64,000 nucleotides of DNA from the human T2T-CHM13v2.0 reference genome, Homo sapiens, in assembly GCF_009914755.1 (NCBI RefSeq), contig NC_060944.1, one strand, 5' to 3'. The translations under genes were made by a program, and so were the position numbers. Positions 1-14,702 of the stretch are shown here, one piece after another (positions within the stretch are counted from its first letter, which is position 1; the number at the start of each line of letters is the position of its first letter). Below the pieces are notes generated by a model, which did not search any database, was not told the origin of the DNA, and saw nothing but the letters and a program-made list of their open reading frames with translations.

Positions 1-477
1 GGAAGGGGCTGGAGCTTTCCTCCCAAAATAAATTTCCCTAACAGGGTGTCTGCTCCACCATTATGTCTACAAGTTCAGAAGATTTGTAAATATGGCACCC
101 ACTCTGATAGGTTCTCTTACAGCTGTGAAGCTTCTTTGGGTCAGGCTCTAAGCTTCCATCCCTTCTCCCTCCCAAGAAACTCCCATACTCTCCCTCCCCA
201 GTCCATCACTGTTTGGGGTATTGTAAGCTTATTCCAGCAACGGTGCTGGAATAATAGGTTAAATACTGAAAAACAAAGTTGAAACTTCCCTTTATACCAA
301 AGACCAAAACAAACCCTCTATTAGTTAATGAGCTAAATATAAGACATGAAACCATTAAAAAAGCCAACTTGGTAACAGTTGTTATCACTGAGTGATGCTT
401 TGTTGGATTCTTTTCATTGTTGTGTGTATATTTTTATGATTTTCCAACTTTTCTCCAGTGCACACATTTGTCTCCAC

Positions 478-640
478 AACATTCATTCATGCATGCAACA
501 CCTATTTATTGCATCCCTCCAGGTGCCATCCATGATTCCAGGCACTGGTGACCAGAACAGACAAGGTAACGATCCCTGGGGAGTATATAGTCTAATGGAA
601 AGGGCAAGTAATAAACAAATACACACACAGATAAGTAGAC
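478..640 (-). mobile_element. L2 3'-end fragment
   Basis: cattcattcat...tatttattg...ccaggcactgg...acagacaagg resembles the L2 3' end in antisense. Confidence 0.55.
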
Positions 641-648
641 AACTATGA

Positions 649-986
<338 letters not shown>

Positions 987-1951
987 GTAAACAGTGTTTT
1001 AAATGGTTAAAATGGAGAGTGAGGAGGAGGAAGCTAGACCAACAAGGTCCTTTGCGAAGTGACTTTTAAAGGGACATGTAAAGGGCAATGATGAGTTAAC
1101 TAGTTCACACAAAACTTTTCTGTAAAATATTTATTTTATGCTGTAGAGTGACCAATGAGACTAAAGGGCATATGGAGCATGATTACATGAGAATGAGGTC
1201 AGTGACTAAAAGGGAATAGACACAAGCAAAAAATATATATTTAATTGGAATATGAAATACATTTCCTATTTTCAAAAGGTTACTTTCAAATTTCAAAAAT
1301 GTGCTACCTCTTTTTTTCAAGTATAAAGATGAAGAAGATAAAGAAGTAAAATGGCAGCCACCACCAGAGTAGTTATAGTGGCTGCATCCATTTTCCGCCC
1401 TAAGCCCAGGTGGGAAAAGGGTTGGCTGGAAAAGTTACAAGCTTCTAATGATTAAGAAGCCCCATCAAGGAAAATCTACATGGCCGTGGTGGATGGACAA
1501 CCACTCTCTGGTGGATTCCCATTGACCTTCGAGACCCCCTAACTCCCACTCTCACCTCCTGCTACACCTCATCTCAAGAATCTCAGGATGACTTGTGGCT
1601 CAAGCCAATAGTGGGTGGGATTTAGAAACAACTGACACTCTGGTTTTCCTCTTTTCTGTCAGGCAGAGTCTTTTTCTCTGCACCAAGCCAGGTTTGGGCT
1701 CACTGCTCAGGATAACTCTCCCATTCTTCTCACTGCAGGGAGACCTCTGCGTTCCAGAATGGCCAGCAATGGACAGGGTGCCCTTGGCTTCCTCTGGCTC
1801 AGGCATCATTTTGGCTGAGGCTGCATACCAAGCTCTTGATAGAGTGAGCTTTGTGAACACAGCAAAGGGCTAGCCCCTCAGACTCATGGCAATGAGGATT
1901 TTTGGGGTTTAATGGTGAGGAAGGCCTAGGGCCTAGGTAATGAGAGAGAAA

Positions 1952-2094
1952 CTGAAAAAAGATAGCATACTGTCCTCTTAATATGTTGTACCAGTTAACT
2001 CACCTGCAGAAATGCCTGTTAAGAGCCTACTTCGTTCCTTGCCAAAACTGGTTACTACCAGTTTGAAACATATAAGTAGGTAATATATTGATAA
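1952..2094 (+). repeat. Local direct duplicate of ~3811-3960 (L1M-derived)
   Basis: 46/49 identity between 1971-2019 and 3832-3880; flanked by TAATGAGAGAGAAA(C/G)TGA repeats. Confidence 0.85.
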
Positions 2095-2199
2095 TGAGAG
2101 AGAAAGTGAGCCCCTAGGTGTTAAAGTACCAAAGGCTCCAATTTACTAAGCACCTACTAAGTTCTAAGCATTGTACTTAGAGTTCTATGGTCAGCTGGG

Positions 2200-2530
2200 T
2201 CCAGAGCAGGACTCTAATCGGACTCAGTAGGCCCCAACCTCAGCTACTTCCTAAACTGTGTGACTTGGAGCAAAACACTAAATCTCTCTGGCCTTGGTAG
2301 TAATGGTCATGATAAAACCTACCTCATGGGGTTATAGGTTTGCAGGCAAAGTCAGTGGGGTAAGCCTTGCAGAGCATTATTAGCCATCATTAATATTAAT
2401 GACCTGTATTTCTATCCAGTGAGGTAAGCAGCATTATACTAATTAACAGAGGGGGAAACTGATTCACAGAGGTCAAGCAATTGCCCAAGGCTGTCCAGCA
2501 TCCTAAGGAGTGAATCTAGCATTAAAACTC
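2200..2530. mobile_element. Two MIR fragments in opposite orientations
   Basis: MIR core motifs ctgtgtgacttgg...acctacctcat and gaaactga...cagaggtcaagcaattgcccaagg. Confidence 0.6.
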
Positions 2531-2801
2531 TGATGGGACTGAAAGCAAACCCCCTATTTAACTGTCCCTTACTCTATTTGAACACTGAGCTTGAAGCTTG
2601 GTTTGCATCTCAGGGCTTAGCAAATTTGGGACTGTTTCTGTACTGTCCAAAAATGTCAATGATTCACTAACTGTAATAAAAATACCCTCATATAGAGTGT
2701 TTTACAATTTATAACAATCATTCACATTCACATTTGACTCCAATGGGTACAACAATTTCTAAATTATATAAATTTTTGTGACCCACAGTCTCAATACCTG
2801 A

Positions 2802-2888
2802 ATATATGTGTGTGTGTGTGTGTGTGTATGTGTGTGTGTATTTATATATATACATGAATATATATACATAATATACAGACATATATAT
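2802..2888. repeat. (TG)n/(TA)n microsatellite
   Basis: Seen directly. Confidence 0.95.
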
Positions 2889-3579
2889 GGCATGTCTGTC
2901 TCTGTACCTATACCCAAGGGCAGATAGGTTAAAATACATATTTTAAGAAGGGTTGTTTCCATTCAAAGAAACACTTTGATCTCAGAATGAGCCGCCCTCC
3001 CCCAACCCCACTTAATGTTCAGTTCAGTGCAAAAGATGTACAAAGAGGGGCCTGGAAATAGAGTCTAGAGAAAGTTGAACTGCTCTAGGAACTTGAATGA
3101 GAAGACTTTGCTGCACCTGTGGGCAATTTGGGAGGGAGGAAACAGAAAGAGGTGAAAATTTCTTGCCTGTTGAAAGGACTTTTAAAGTCTGAGAAAGGAT
3201 GAGTTCTATGCTGGGCAGGACGGCAATGCGACCCCTTGCCTGAGTCCCACCAAACACCAAGAGAAGTTTGCTGCTGCAGGAAACAGCCTTTGTTATGTGG
3301 CTTCGGCAGGGTGGTGTGGAAGGGCCCAGGTCCACATTTGGTTCAGTTAGGGGAGCCAGAAGAATTTGACTGATGTTCTAGAATCCAGGGCAGGCAGTGA
3401 ACAGGGGCTCATGTGCTCTTTTTGAAATCTCCATGTGCAGAATTTGAAATGGGGAGTTCTGGTCAATACTTCATAGATTTCACTGGTAAACTGGCCCCAG
3501 CTGATATGCGGTCTGTGTATTTATATTTCACAAAACTGACACAGTAATTACTTACACTCGTGGTTTTGTAGGCTCTTTT

Positions 3580-4465
3580 TTTTAAAACTTCCTACAGCAT
3601 GAACATTAACCCATGCCATTAGATACATATACCACAAAAACAGTTTGTAACAATACTAGCATAGAATTCCACTGTGTGTGTGCACCAAAATTTACTTAAC
3701 TACTCTCCAATCGTTGGTGCATTTAAGTGATTTCCAAGTCTTTGTCCTTATAAATAATGCAGTGATGATCTCTGTCTGAAACTCTCTTTTGAGCAGCTCT
3801 GATTATTTTGCTAGAAAAAAAATTAGCAAATTGTCCTCTTAACATGCTGTACCAGTTAACTTACCTGCAGAAATGCCTGTAAGAACCTGCTTTGTTATTC
3901 CTTACCAATACTGCTTATTAACAATTTAAAAAATATATAGGTAGGTAATATGATAGATAAAATGCATTTATTTGATCATCTGTAACACTGGACATTTTTA
4001 ATACGCTTTTTGCTATTCATATTTTGTTTAGCAATTACCTCTTTATGCCTTTAGCCTTTTTTTCTATCAATGTGATTACATTTTAAAGTTAGAGCTTTTT
4101 ATGTGTAAAGATATTTTATCTCCCTTTTCTCAGTTTTGTCACATGTTTTCCCACACCAGTTTACTAACCTGCTTTTTGATTTTAGTTAACATGGCATAGA
4201 AGATTTTTCTTTTTCTTGTCTTTCTATGTAGTAAAATGTGTAAACCATGACCTCAATGGTGTATTTGCTTGCTTTTAATGAACTGAGAGTCTCTCCCAAT
4301 AAAAGAATGATATTTTCTTTATTTTTTTCTAGTTTTGCCTTTTAAGTTTTTAAACTACCCATAATTTAATTAGCACATGGTAATATATGCAATAAATTCT
4401 ATTTTTTACAAAGTATCTTACCATGTACAATTTATTAATCATGTACTATTTGATAAGCAATTTTC
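3580..4465 (-). mobile_element. Old L1M 3' fragment; continues at ~6220-7060
   Basis: T-rich sequence with antisense L1M 3'UTR/ORF2 motifs (tttccaagtcttt...ataaataatgcagtgatga; aattaatttgggaaggattg). Confidence 0.65.
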
Positions 4466-4481
4466 AATTCATATAAATTTT

Positions 4482-4574
4482 TTATTTTTGTAAAGCTGGG
4501 GTCCTGCTATGTTGCCCAGGCTGGTCTTGAACTCCTGGGCTCAAGTGATCCTTCTGCCCTGGCCTCCCAAAGTG
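4482..4574 (-). mobile_element. 5'-truncated FLAM (Alu monomer)
   Basis: gctatgttgcccaggctggtcttgaactcctgggctcaag; 13-bp TSD TCATATAAATTTT at 4469-4481 and 4575-4587. Confidence 0.85.
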
Positions 4575-4594
4575 TCATATAAATTTTAAAAGTC

Positions 4595-5987
<1,393 letters not shown>

Positions 5988-6219
5988 TAGTTATGTAACA
6001 TCTCATCATAAGTTGTTTATAAGACCAATCACACAGGACCTGTTATGAAAATTCCATACTTGTAAAGTGCTACCCAGAGCCTGACACGTGGTTGGCACTC
6101 TATATGTATGAGTTTCTTTTAAATTTATTTGGGATATTTGAATGCCTATTTATTTTTGTGAAAGGGTTTATGTTTCAAAAATTAAAAAAATATACTTTCA
6201 TTCATGCATCAAAAAAAAA

Positions 6220-7060
6220 TTTTAAAGTCAGTTTTGCTATGTACTGTATTCATTTCTGGGCTTTAATTATTATAGTTTTTACAAATGTTGACATTTCACA
6301 GAGAAACCCTCCAATCACTTTTTCTAAGTGCTCTTGACTTCTTTCTCCTGTATTTTCTTTCAGATCAACTTTTAAATCACTTTAAGTTTCAAAATGAATC
6401 CCATTAAGATTTTGATTAGAACTGTATTAAACCCATCAATTAATTTGGGAAGGATTGCTATCCTCACAATATTAAATTTGCTAATCCAACAACATGACAT
6501 ATGGCCATTTGTTCAGGTCTTGTTTTCTCATCCTCAATAAAACTTTGTAGGTGTTTGTATTTTCATATACATGCTGCACAATTCTTAGCTTACACTTAAG
6601 TGTTTATACTGTAATTACATTTAAGAATAGGATACATTTTATTATAGTTTTATAATGGTTATTACTGGCATATGGCTATTTATTTTTGTTTATTTGCTTT
6701 GTGTCTGACCATAGCATTGAAATCTTTTAGTAGTTCCAATAGCTTGTTTTTTCAGTTAAGTTTATTCTCTTAGGCATTGAGGCTATAAGAACGTTTTCTT
6801 CTGGAAATAAGAAGGTGCCTTTCCATTTCTAGCTTACTAAGAATTCTGATCAGTAATGAAGGCTGAATCTTTTCAAATTACTTTTTAGCCTCTCTTGAGA
6901 GGCTCAGATGATTTTTATTTTTTGGCCTACTAATATGAGGCATTACATCCATAGTTTTTCTAATATTCAACATTTTTCATCAGTGTATTCCTGGAAAACA
7001 CCCAACTGGGCCATGGTGCATTATGCATTGATAATGATTCTGGATTTCAGGAGCTAGAGC
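6220..7060 (-). mobile_element. Old L1M ORF2 fragment
   Basis: Antisense L1 motifs (gattttgattagaactgtattaaac...aatttgggaaggattg). Confidence 0.6.
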
Positions 7061-7508
7061 TTTGCAGCTGTGCAGTTAAGGGTTCCATTTTCATCCGGGC
7101 CATTTGAGCAAGTGTGTGGCCTTGGGCAAGTCACCTACCTCCTAGACAGTGAGTGGAGGAATTATACCTCCCTCACAAGCTTGCTGCAAGAATTACAAGT
7201 AAAATATTCAAAACAAGCTCAACACTATAAGCCTTGCATACAGTAGATACCCCTCAAATTGGCAGCCACTGTTTTCATCACTATAATCATACACTTTCTT
7301 TACATTGTCATCTCAAGTGTGACAGAGCTGTAAGAGTGATTGAACTCTAATTTTAATATATTTGGGATGCTATTTTTTAAAAATCCAGAGAGCTTGATAA
7401 ACACTGTTAGCTTTTACTATCTTTAATGCTTCTCTGTGACTCACTTTTTCTTCAAATTTCAACCCTGAAATTTAGAAGAAGTTGAGGGATTACTTGTTGA
7501 CTTACTAT

Positions 7509-8040
7509 TGTAACTGAATAAAGATTTAGTTGCTTGCTGCTTGCGGAGTTCAATTAACAAGAGCAAGATCTGGTAGAAAGAAAAGTGACTTTATTCCAGA
7601 GCTAGCTGAAGGGCAGTAGTGCAGTCTCCTTCCTCAGGGTGCCACTTTGCTTCCAGGCAGAAAGCAGAGGCTTTTAAAGGAAGGCTTGGAGTGAAGGGCA
7701 CGCAGGGGAGAGGGCGAGGAAGTGCAGGGTCTATGTGACTTTTCAGATTTCTTATCTATCCGGAGGTCTCACTAGTGCCATCATGGGCAGAGTGAGGTTG
7801 TAAATGGTGGCAATCTCCTATTGGGATAGAATTCTGGATGTGCCTGGTTTGCTTCAAGTTTCAGTCTCTGGAACTTCTAAGTAACACATAGTTAGACAGA
7901 CTTGCTGTGTTGGAAGTGTCTGGTGGAGAGAAGGTAAAGATTATACTTTCATTCCTAAACAGCTAAGTAGGTGGTGGGGGGAAAGAAAAAAAGTTAAACA
8001 ATTGATTTTTTCCCTTTTAAAAACGAGGTGCTAAGTTACA
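7509..8040 (-). mobile_element. ERV1 solo LTR (MER66-like)
   Basis: TGTAAC...GTTACA termini; 4-bp TSD CTAT; minus-strand AATAAA at 7590-7595. Confidence 0.75.
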
Positions 8041-8358
8041 CTATTGCACTTCATCTTCTAGGAGGCCCTGGCTCCCTAAGGAGCATGGAGTGGCAGAAAA
8101 ATCTAAAAGTGCAACTGGATGTCTAATAGGGCTTTTCCTGTTGCTTTGGAATTTTATCTAAGACTACAAAACCAATAAGCATACAAAATAAACACTGCCA
8201 CCTTCTACAGAGAAGACCTGAGGGACTTCCAGCTATTTCTTCCAGAGAACACTAAGAGGTTCCCAAGCGGACTCTCACTCTTCCCTCCCAGCACTACAGT
8301 CAGCTCATACAATAATGAGACTTCATGGGTTAGGGGAAGTGAGTCTCTGGGATTATGA

Positions 8359-8850
<492 letters not shown>

Positions 8851-11800
8851 CAGATAATTCTTATGGCGTCTCAATCAGAGGCTCCATAACCGAGTATGAT
8901 CAGAGCAGGTTTTCTCCCTTCTTTAGCTTTCATCTCTCTTCCGTGGTCCTACAACCCAGAGGAAGCAGAGAGTGCAGCAGCAGCAAAACAAGTTCGGTAG
9001 GTGATGCAAGAACTGCCAGAACCCTTTCTCCACATCTTTTTGAGGAAGTGCTGGTCATAATCCATCTTCTGTGACTGCCTTCAATCTAGGTTCACCTGCA
9101 CTGCACAAGCAACTATGTCCCTTCGAGCATGGTGTGGCATGCATGAAAGTCCCCTCCTTCCCTAGATCCTCATGGTCTTGAAAATTTCTCCATTGGTCTT
9201 TAGAATCCATTAACTCTATGGCTTTGATTCTGGGTGGGATAGTGAGTCCATTTTCATTTCTACTGGCTACTGTTTCCATGTTCCCCGAAGATTTATGGAT
9301 CATCTCACCAGAATTACAGTACAGCAGAGATGGAGGTTAGATGTCTGTGTTCATACTACCCTCCTGCCCAGAAGGATGTCCCATTTTACTTCTAATTCAG
9401 AACCCTAAGAGTTAGGCCAAGTTATGTTCCTCCCATTTTATAGATGGTGCCGCCAAGGCATAGAGAAATGAAGAAGAAAAACTCACGAGACTAGTTAAGT
9501 GATGCTGTTCTATTTTCTAGACCTTCAATTACCTCTTTTTATAATTCTCTGCCTCTACTCTGTCCTAGAACTGCATGTTGCCCTGAAAGACCCTTGCCTG
9601 TGGGACCCACAGGCTTTTCAGAGAACACAGAGACCACCTGAGGCTGCTTATTGCAGAGAGTCTGGATTCACTTCCAATCCCTTTTTGCTCTGGGCTTGAA
9701 AGGCCTCATTCTTACAAGCCTTGGCCTCCTCAAAGAGAGAAGCATCTGCGTAACATGGTTCTCCCTCTTACCTGAGACTAGAGACAATTATAAAAAGGAC
9801 AATTCCCATCCCCCTTACCCCGTGCCCTATATCATGAAATACCCTCACAGCTACACGTCGAGGACTCCACAACATGCACACAGCCACATGTCTTACCTTC
9901 TCAGCAGTGATCAGAGCTTGTTGCTAAACCACCACTGTCTAAGAAAGTACACAGAGTAGCAGCTAGAGAAATCCTTCTTAAAACAGGGTCCATCATGCTA
10001 CAGTGAAGGAAATCAGGTTCTGACATCCTTTCCCCAGGCCTAAGATTTATTTCTAAATAATGTTTATTAAAGGGCCCCTAAGTTCCCGGTTCTCTGCAAG
10101 GCATATAACTTATCTCACTGAAGCTTTCCAACAAAATGGTGCATTATAATATCCCTTAGATGGAAGAAAATAAATTGAGTCACAGAGAGATGGTGTAACA
10201 CATCCCGGTCACCCAGCCAGCAAGTGCCCAGCTTGAAATAAAAACCAGATTATTTTTGGCTCTAAAGCCTCTATCCTTTTCATTCAATTCTAATGACTAC
10301 TCTCACTTCATTGAGCCCAGCAATTTGAATTTATCTTTTTTATCCCCCTGGAGAAAAGAGAGAGGTAGACACATATCACTGCAAGTAGAAATCCATAAAT
10401 ATGTAAATAAAATAGAACATGCAATCAACCCTCAGGTGGAGGGAATAGGAAGAGAGCCCTCCAAATCAACAGCGTATGTGGTGTCTCTGGCTGTACAAAG
10501 CCACTTTTCACTTGGAGAGCTGGGACTCCGCAAGACTACAATGAAGTGGGTTCCCAGGCAAGGGGCCTTTGATTGACACGCAAGGGGGACGGGCTAAGAT
10601 TACGTGACTTGCTGGATTGTTGATTTGTGATTCTGTAACTATAATCGGAGTGGCCTGGGGTCTGCGTCAAGCGAAGTTTGGGGGGATAAAAGAAAGCAAT
10701 GTCTGGGGATTAAGTGAGACAACTGAGTGGCTGAAGACCTGTTTTTGAGATGAGGAGGAAAACCTGGGAGCAAAACTTACAAGTGGGTGTTTCAAGGAGG
10801 CCTATTTGAGGGTAACAATGAGGAAGAGCTTCTTCTATCTAATGCTAGATGATAGTCTTAAGACACCAACAAGCTGGTACCCAAGCCATTGAAAGTGGTA
10901 CCTGCAGGAGAGGTACAGGGCCAAGTTGGACCCATGTGGTGTCCCTATCTCTTGTCACCTCACCTGCTTTCTCCAGTTACTGACCTCGGCATCCACTGCC
11001 CTTGGTTCTCACTGTGGACTCCCAATAGTTAATGCTAGCAGCCTGCCTACTGCCCCCACTCTTTTAAACCTAATGGACACTCTGTGTATAATCCATCCAG
11101 AGCTGTACGATAACCAAGCTAACACTGGATAGAGGATAATAGTCACCACCCGAGATCTCCAGCAGTGAAATGGTCTGCCATGGAAGAGTGTAAACTTCCC
11201 ATCAGAGGCAGCATTCAAGGTGAGGCTGGGTGGGCAACACACAGCAATTCTAAGACCCAACTCCTATCACAGAAAGTCTGCTGTTGGGGATGTGCTGGAG
11301 GAAACCACACAATGCTCTAGACAAGAGAGTCTCTGAGATCCCAGACCACAGCATGAACTCTGAAATGGGATTTTCCAGGAGATGATGAACAACAAAAGAA
11401 TATGGGTCCACCTTCAAGATGCCAATTAGTTCTGAGAAGTGGACAAGGAAGACTTCCTGTTTTGATATAATTATTCATAATCATAGCATCCATAACAATA
11501 GCAGCAACCAATAACACTTTGGTTCACTATAGGCAGCTAAAGAACATTTTGAGTTTGATATACATGATCGCATTTGCTCTCATACCTATATCTCATGAAA
11601 GATGGTGAATGATTAAACTAAGGAAAAGAAACAAAATGATAAATAAAAATATAAGAAATGGATTATCTCAACAGAACAGCATGAAGACACAGACTTAAAT
11701 TGCTTTCATCAGTACTAAGAAGTCCCTTTGATCCTAAAGTCCAAGTGAAATCAGGTAGTCCGCATGGAAGAGGCAGTTATCTGCTGATCTCTCCTGAGCT

Positions 11801-11912
11801 CCAGATTTATATATTCCCATCACCTGCTATACATCTTCACCTCCAACACAACATATTCAGACCTGAGCTCATTTCCTTTTGTGTTTTTCGGCTCAGAAAA
11901 TTGTTTCACCAC

Positions 11913-12355
11913 TGTGATGGTTAATAATGAGTGTCAACTTGATTGGATTGAAGGATGCAAAGCATTGTTCCTGGGTATGTCTGTGAGGGTGTTGCCAAAG
12001 AAGATTAACATTTGAGTCAGTGGACTGGGAAAGGCAGACCCACCCTCAATCTGGGTGAACACAATCTAATCAGCTGCCAGCATGGCCAGAATAAAAGCAG
12101 GCAGAACATGTAAAGACTAGACTGGCTTAGTCTACTGGCCTACATCTTTCTCCCATATTGGATGCTTCCTGTCCTTGTACATCAGACTCCAAGTTCTTCA
12201 GCTTTGGGACTCGGACTGGCTTCCTTTCTCCACAGTTTGTAGACAGCCTAGACCTCACCTTGTGATCGTGTGAGTCAATACTCCTTAATAAACTTTCCTT
12301 TATAGATACATCTGTCCTATTAGTTCTGTCCCTATAAAGAACCCTGACTAATACA
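11913..12355 (+). mobile_element. MLT2A (HERV-L) solo LTR
   Basis: tgtgatggttaat...gagtgtcaacttgattggattgaaggatgc...ccctgactaataca; 5-bp TSD ACCAC. Confidence 0.92.
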
Positions 12356-13204
12356 ACCACTCATCTCTCAGCCATCTAAACTGAAGCATGGGAGTATCAC
12401 CTTTGACTCCCTACTCCCAACCCCACATCCCTCGATTCCTATCTGATCATCTGTACAGTTTCTGGTTTAACTGGCTGGGAGTCTTGCTCTGAACTCCAGC
12501 CTACTGGGCTGGGATGCTGCGCTACAGGCAAACACTTGACAATCTCCCCCTTAAGGGTTAAGGAGGAGGTATCCTTTGGGTTAAGGGAAGGATAGCCTTC
12601 CCTTAGTACCCCAGAATTTTCTTAATCAGTGACCTCTCAAAACTGGCAGAGCCAGAATGCATCCCCACCTGCCTTAGCTGAATTGCCTCTCTAGCATCTT
12701 CTTGTGCTACGCCCAAGCTTGTAGCCTACTGCTGCCAAGTCTCTGCCTGCTACTAGCATGTCCTTACTAAGCCAACCTCTGCCACCAGTGCCTAGCACAG
12801 AATTTGGCACAAAGAAAAGACTAAGTAAATGTTTGATAGAAAGGAGTGAAACTTTTGTGTAGTAGTTATTCATTCTCAGCTGATCTCCATAGTCACCAAC
12901 CTCCTTACTACCCAATGCCACTCTCAAGAGGACACTTGTGGGCAGAGGAGGTCCCCAGGGCTGAAGACTCCATCAAGTCCTGTGGTGAAGAGTTTCTCTG
13001 GCCAAGAGACCTAGCATTTAACCGATTGGTGACCTTCATCCAACTATTCTGAGTCTCAGTTTTCCTCCCATCTACATCTCAGAGCTGCTGCAAAGACCAA
13101 GCTATGGAATGAACATCCTTCCAAAGAGCCATGTTGGCTTGTCACTATACATAAGTTAGTGTAAAACTTGGGTATGAAATGACATCACTCAGTGGAATCC
13201 TTAC

Positions 13205-13685
13205 AGCAAATTTCTAGGCTCAACCCCAGAATTTCTGATTTATTACGTCGGGGGACAGGTCTGAGAATGTGCATTTCTAACAAGTTCCCAGGGGAATATT
13301 TGTCTTAATCCATCTAGGTTGCAGTAACAGAATACCATAGACTGGGTAACTTATAAACAACAGAAATTTACTTTTTATAGTTCTGAGGGCTGGAAAGTCC
13401 AATATCAAGGTGCCAGCAGATTAAGTGTCTAGTGAGGGCCCATTTCCTGGGTCCTCACATGGCAGAAGACATGAAGGAGCATTTTGGGGCCTCTTTTGTA
13501 AGGGCATTGATCTCATTCATCAGTATTCTGCCCTGATGACATAATTAGTACCCAAATGCCCCACCTCCTAATATCATCATTTCGAGGGTTAGAATTTCAA
13601 CATATGAATTTTAAAGGAACACAAGTATTCAGTCTATAGCAATACTGATGCTGCTGGTCGAGGGACCACACTTTGAGAACCACCG
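13205..13685. mobile_element. MER5A (hAT) split by an MLT1A LTR
   Basis: gcatttctaacaagttcccagg | ctgatgctgctggt...accacactttgagaaccac. Confidence 0.75.
13301..13641 (-). mobile_element. MLT1A-like MaLR solo LTR
   Basis: tgtcttaatc...acagaataccatagactggg...cagtctatagca; TSD ATATT/ATACT. Confidence 0.85.
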
Positions 13686-14702
13686 CCCAAGATGATTCTA
13701 AGACCATTTCTCTTTCCATGCTGACGCTGTTTTTCCTCCATGAAGCATGCTATTTCAATGCTTGCCTTTATGTTTTACCTTTTTTTGCTGTTTTGTTGGA
13801 ATCCTAACCCAGCCTGTAAATTCCTCTGGGCAGAAATTATACCTTCCACTCTACATACTCTCTCACTTTCTGTTTTGTAAAATAATGAGTACATTTCCAG
13901 CGTGATTAATAATAGAATAGGAAAAGGAGGAAAATCTCAGACTACCAACACCAATAAACACCACCTACAAATAGATACCAGCCCTGGAATTCTCTTAAAA
14001 ATTAATTACGAGGCAAAAAACATTCCACCATCAGTGGCGATGCGGGAAGGAAGATTATCTTCTTGATGACACATTTTGTAAAATGTGAATTATTCAAGAT
14101 TTTAGCTGTAACTTAAACACCAACGTTTTTTAAAAATAAAATACCACAATTGCATTCCAACTCATAATTTTTATATTGATAGCCAGATTATTGTGTTTTC
14201 AACATGTAAAATCCATTACACAGTCATGGCAACAGTTTGCAATAGACTGTAAATCTTTATTGAGATGATCATCTTGCGATTGAATTTCAAAATGTATTAT
14301 ATGATCATCAGCAAATAAGTCCACGGGGGCTGCTAAAGTACTTTGAATATCATTTATAAAGATCAAAAACCCTGGAAACTCTTACATTTACCCTGTGGAA
14401 AGAGAGAAGTCTCATCAGCAGGATCAAATCAATTATTTTTATGGATGAATATTGCATTGCAAAGCTGAGATAAGGTATTACCCAGTTTAGTAACATATCA
14501 TTATGTCCTTTTAAAGTAGTAAGTTTCATAATCAGGTTTCAATGAGGAATTTTACCAAAGGCCTGTTTTGAAAATAATCAAGAAAATGGCATCTCTGTTC
14601 AGCATAGTGGTTCAATAACCTTACAAGGAATATTTCCAAGCAACAAAAATACCTGGGTTACATACTACCACGATACACCACTGAGATACTTAAGAATGGT
14701 TA

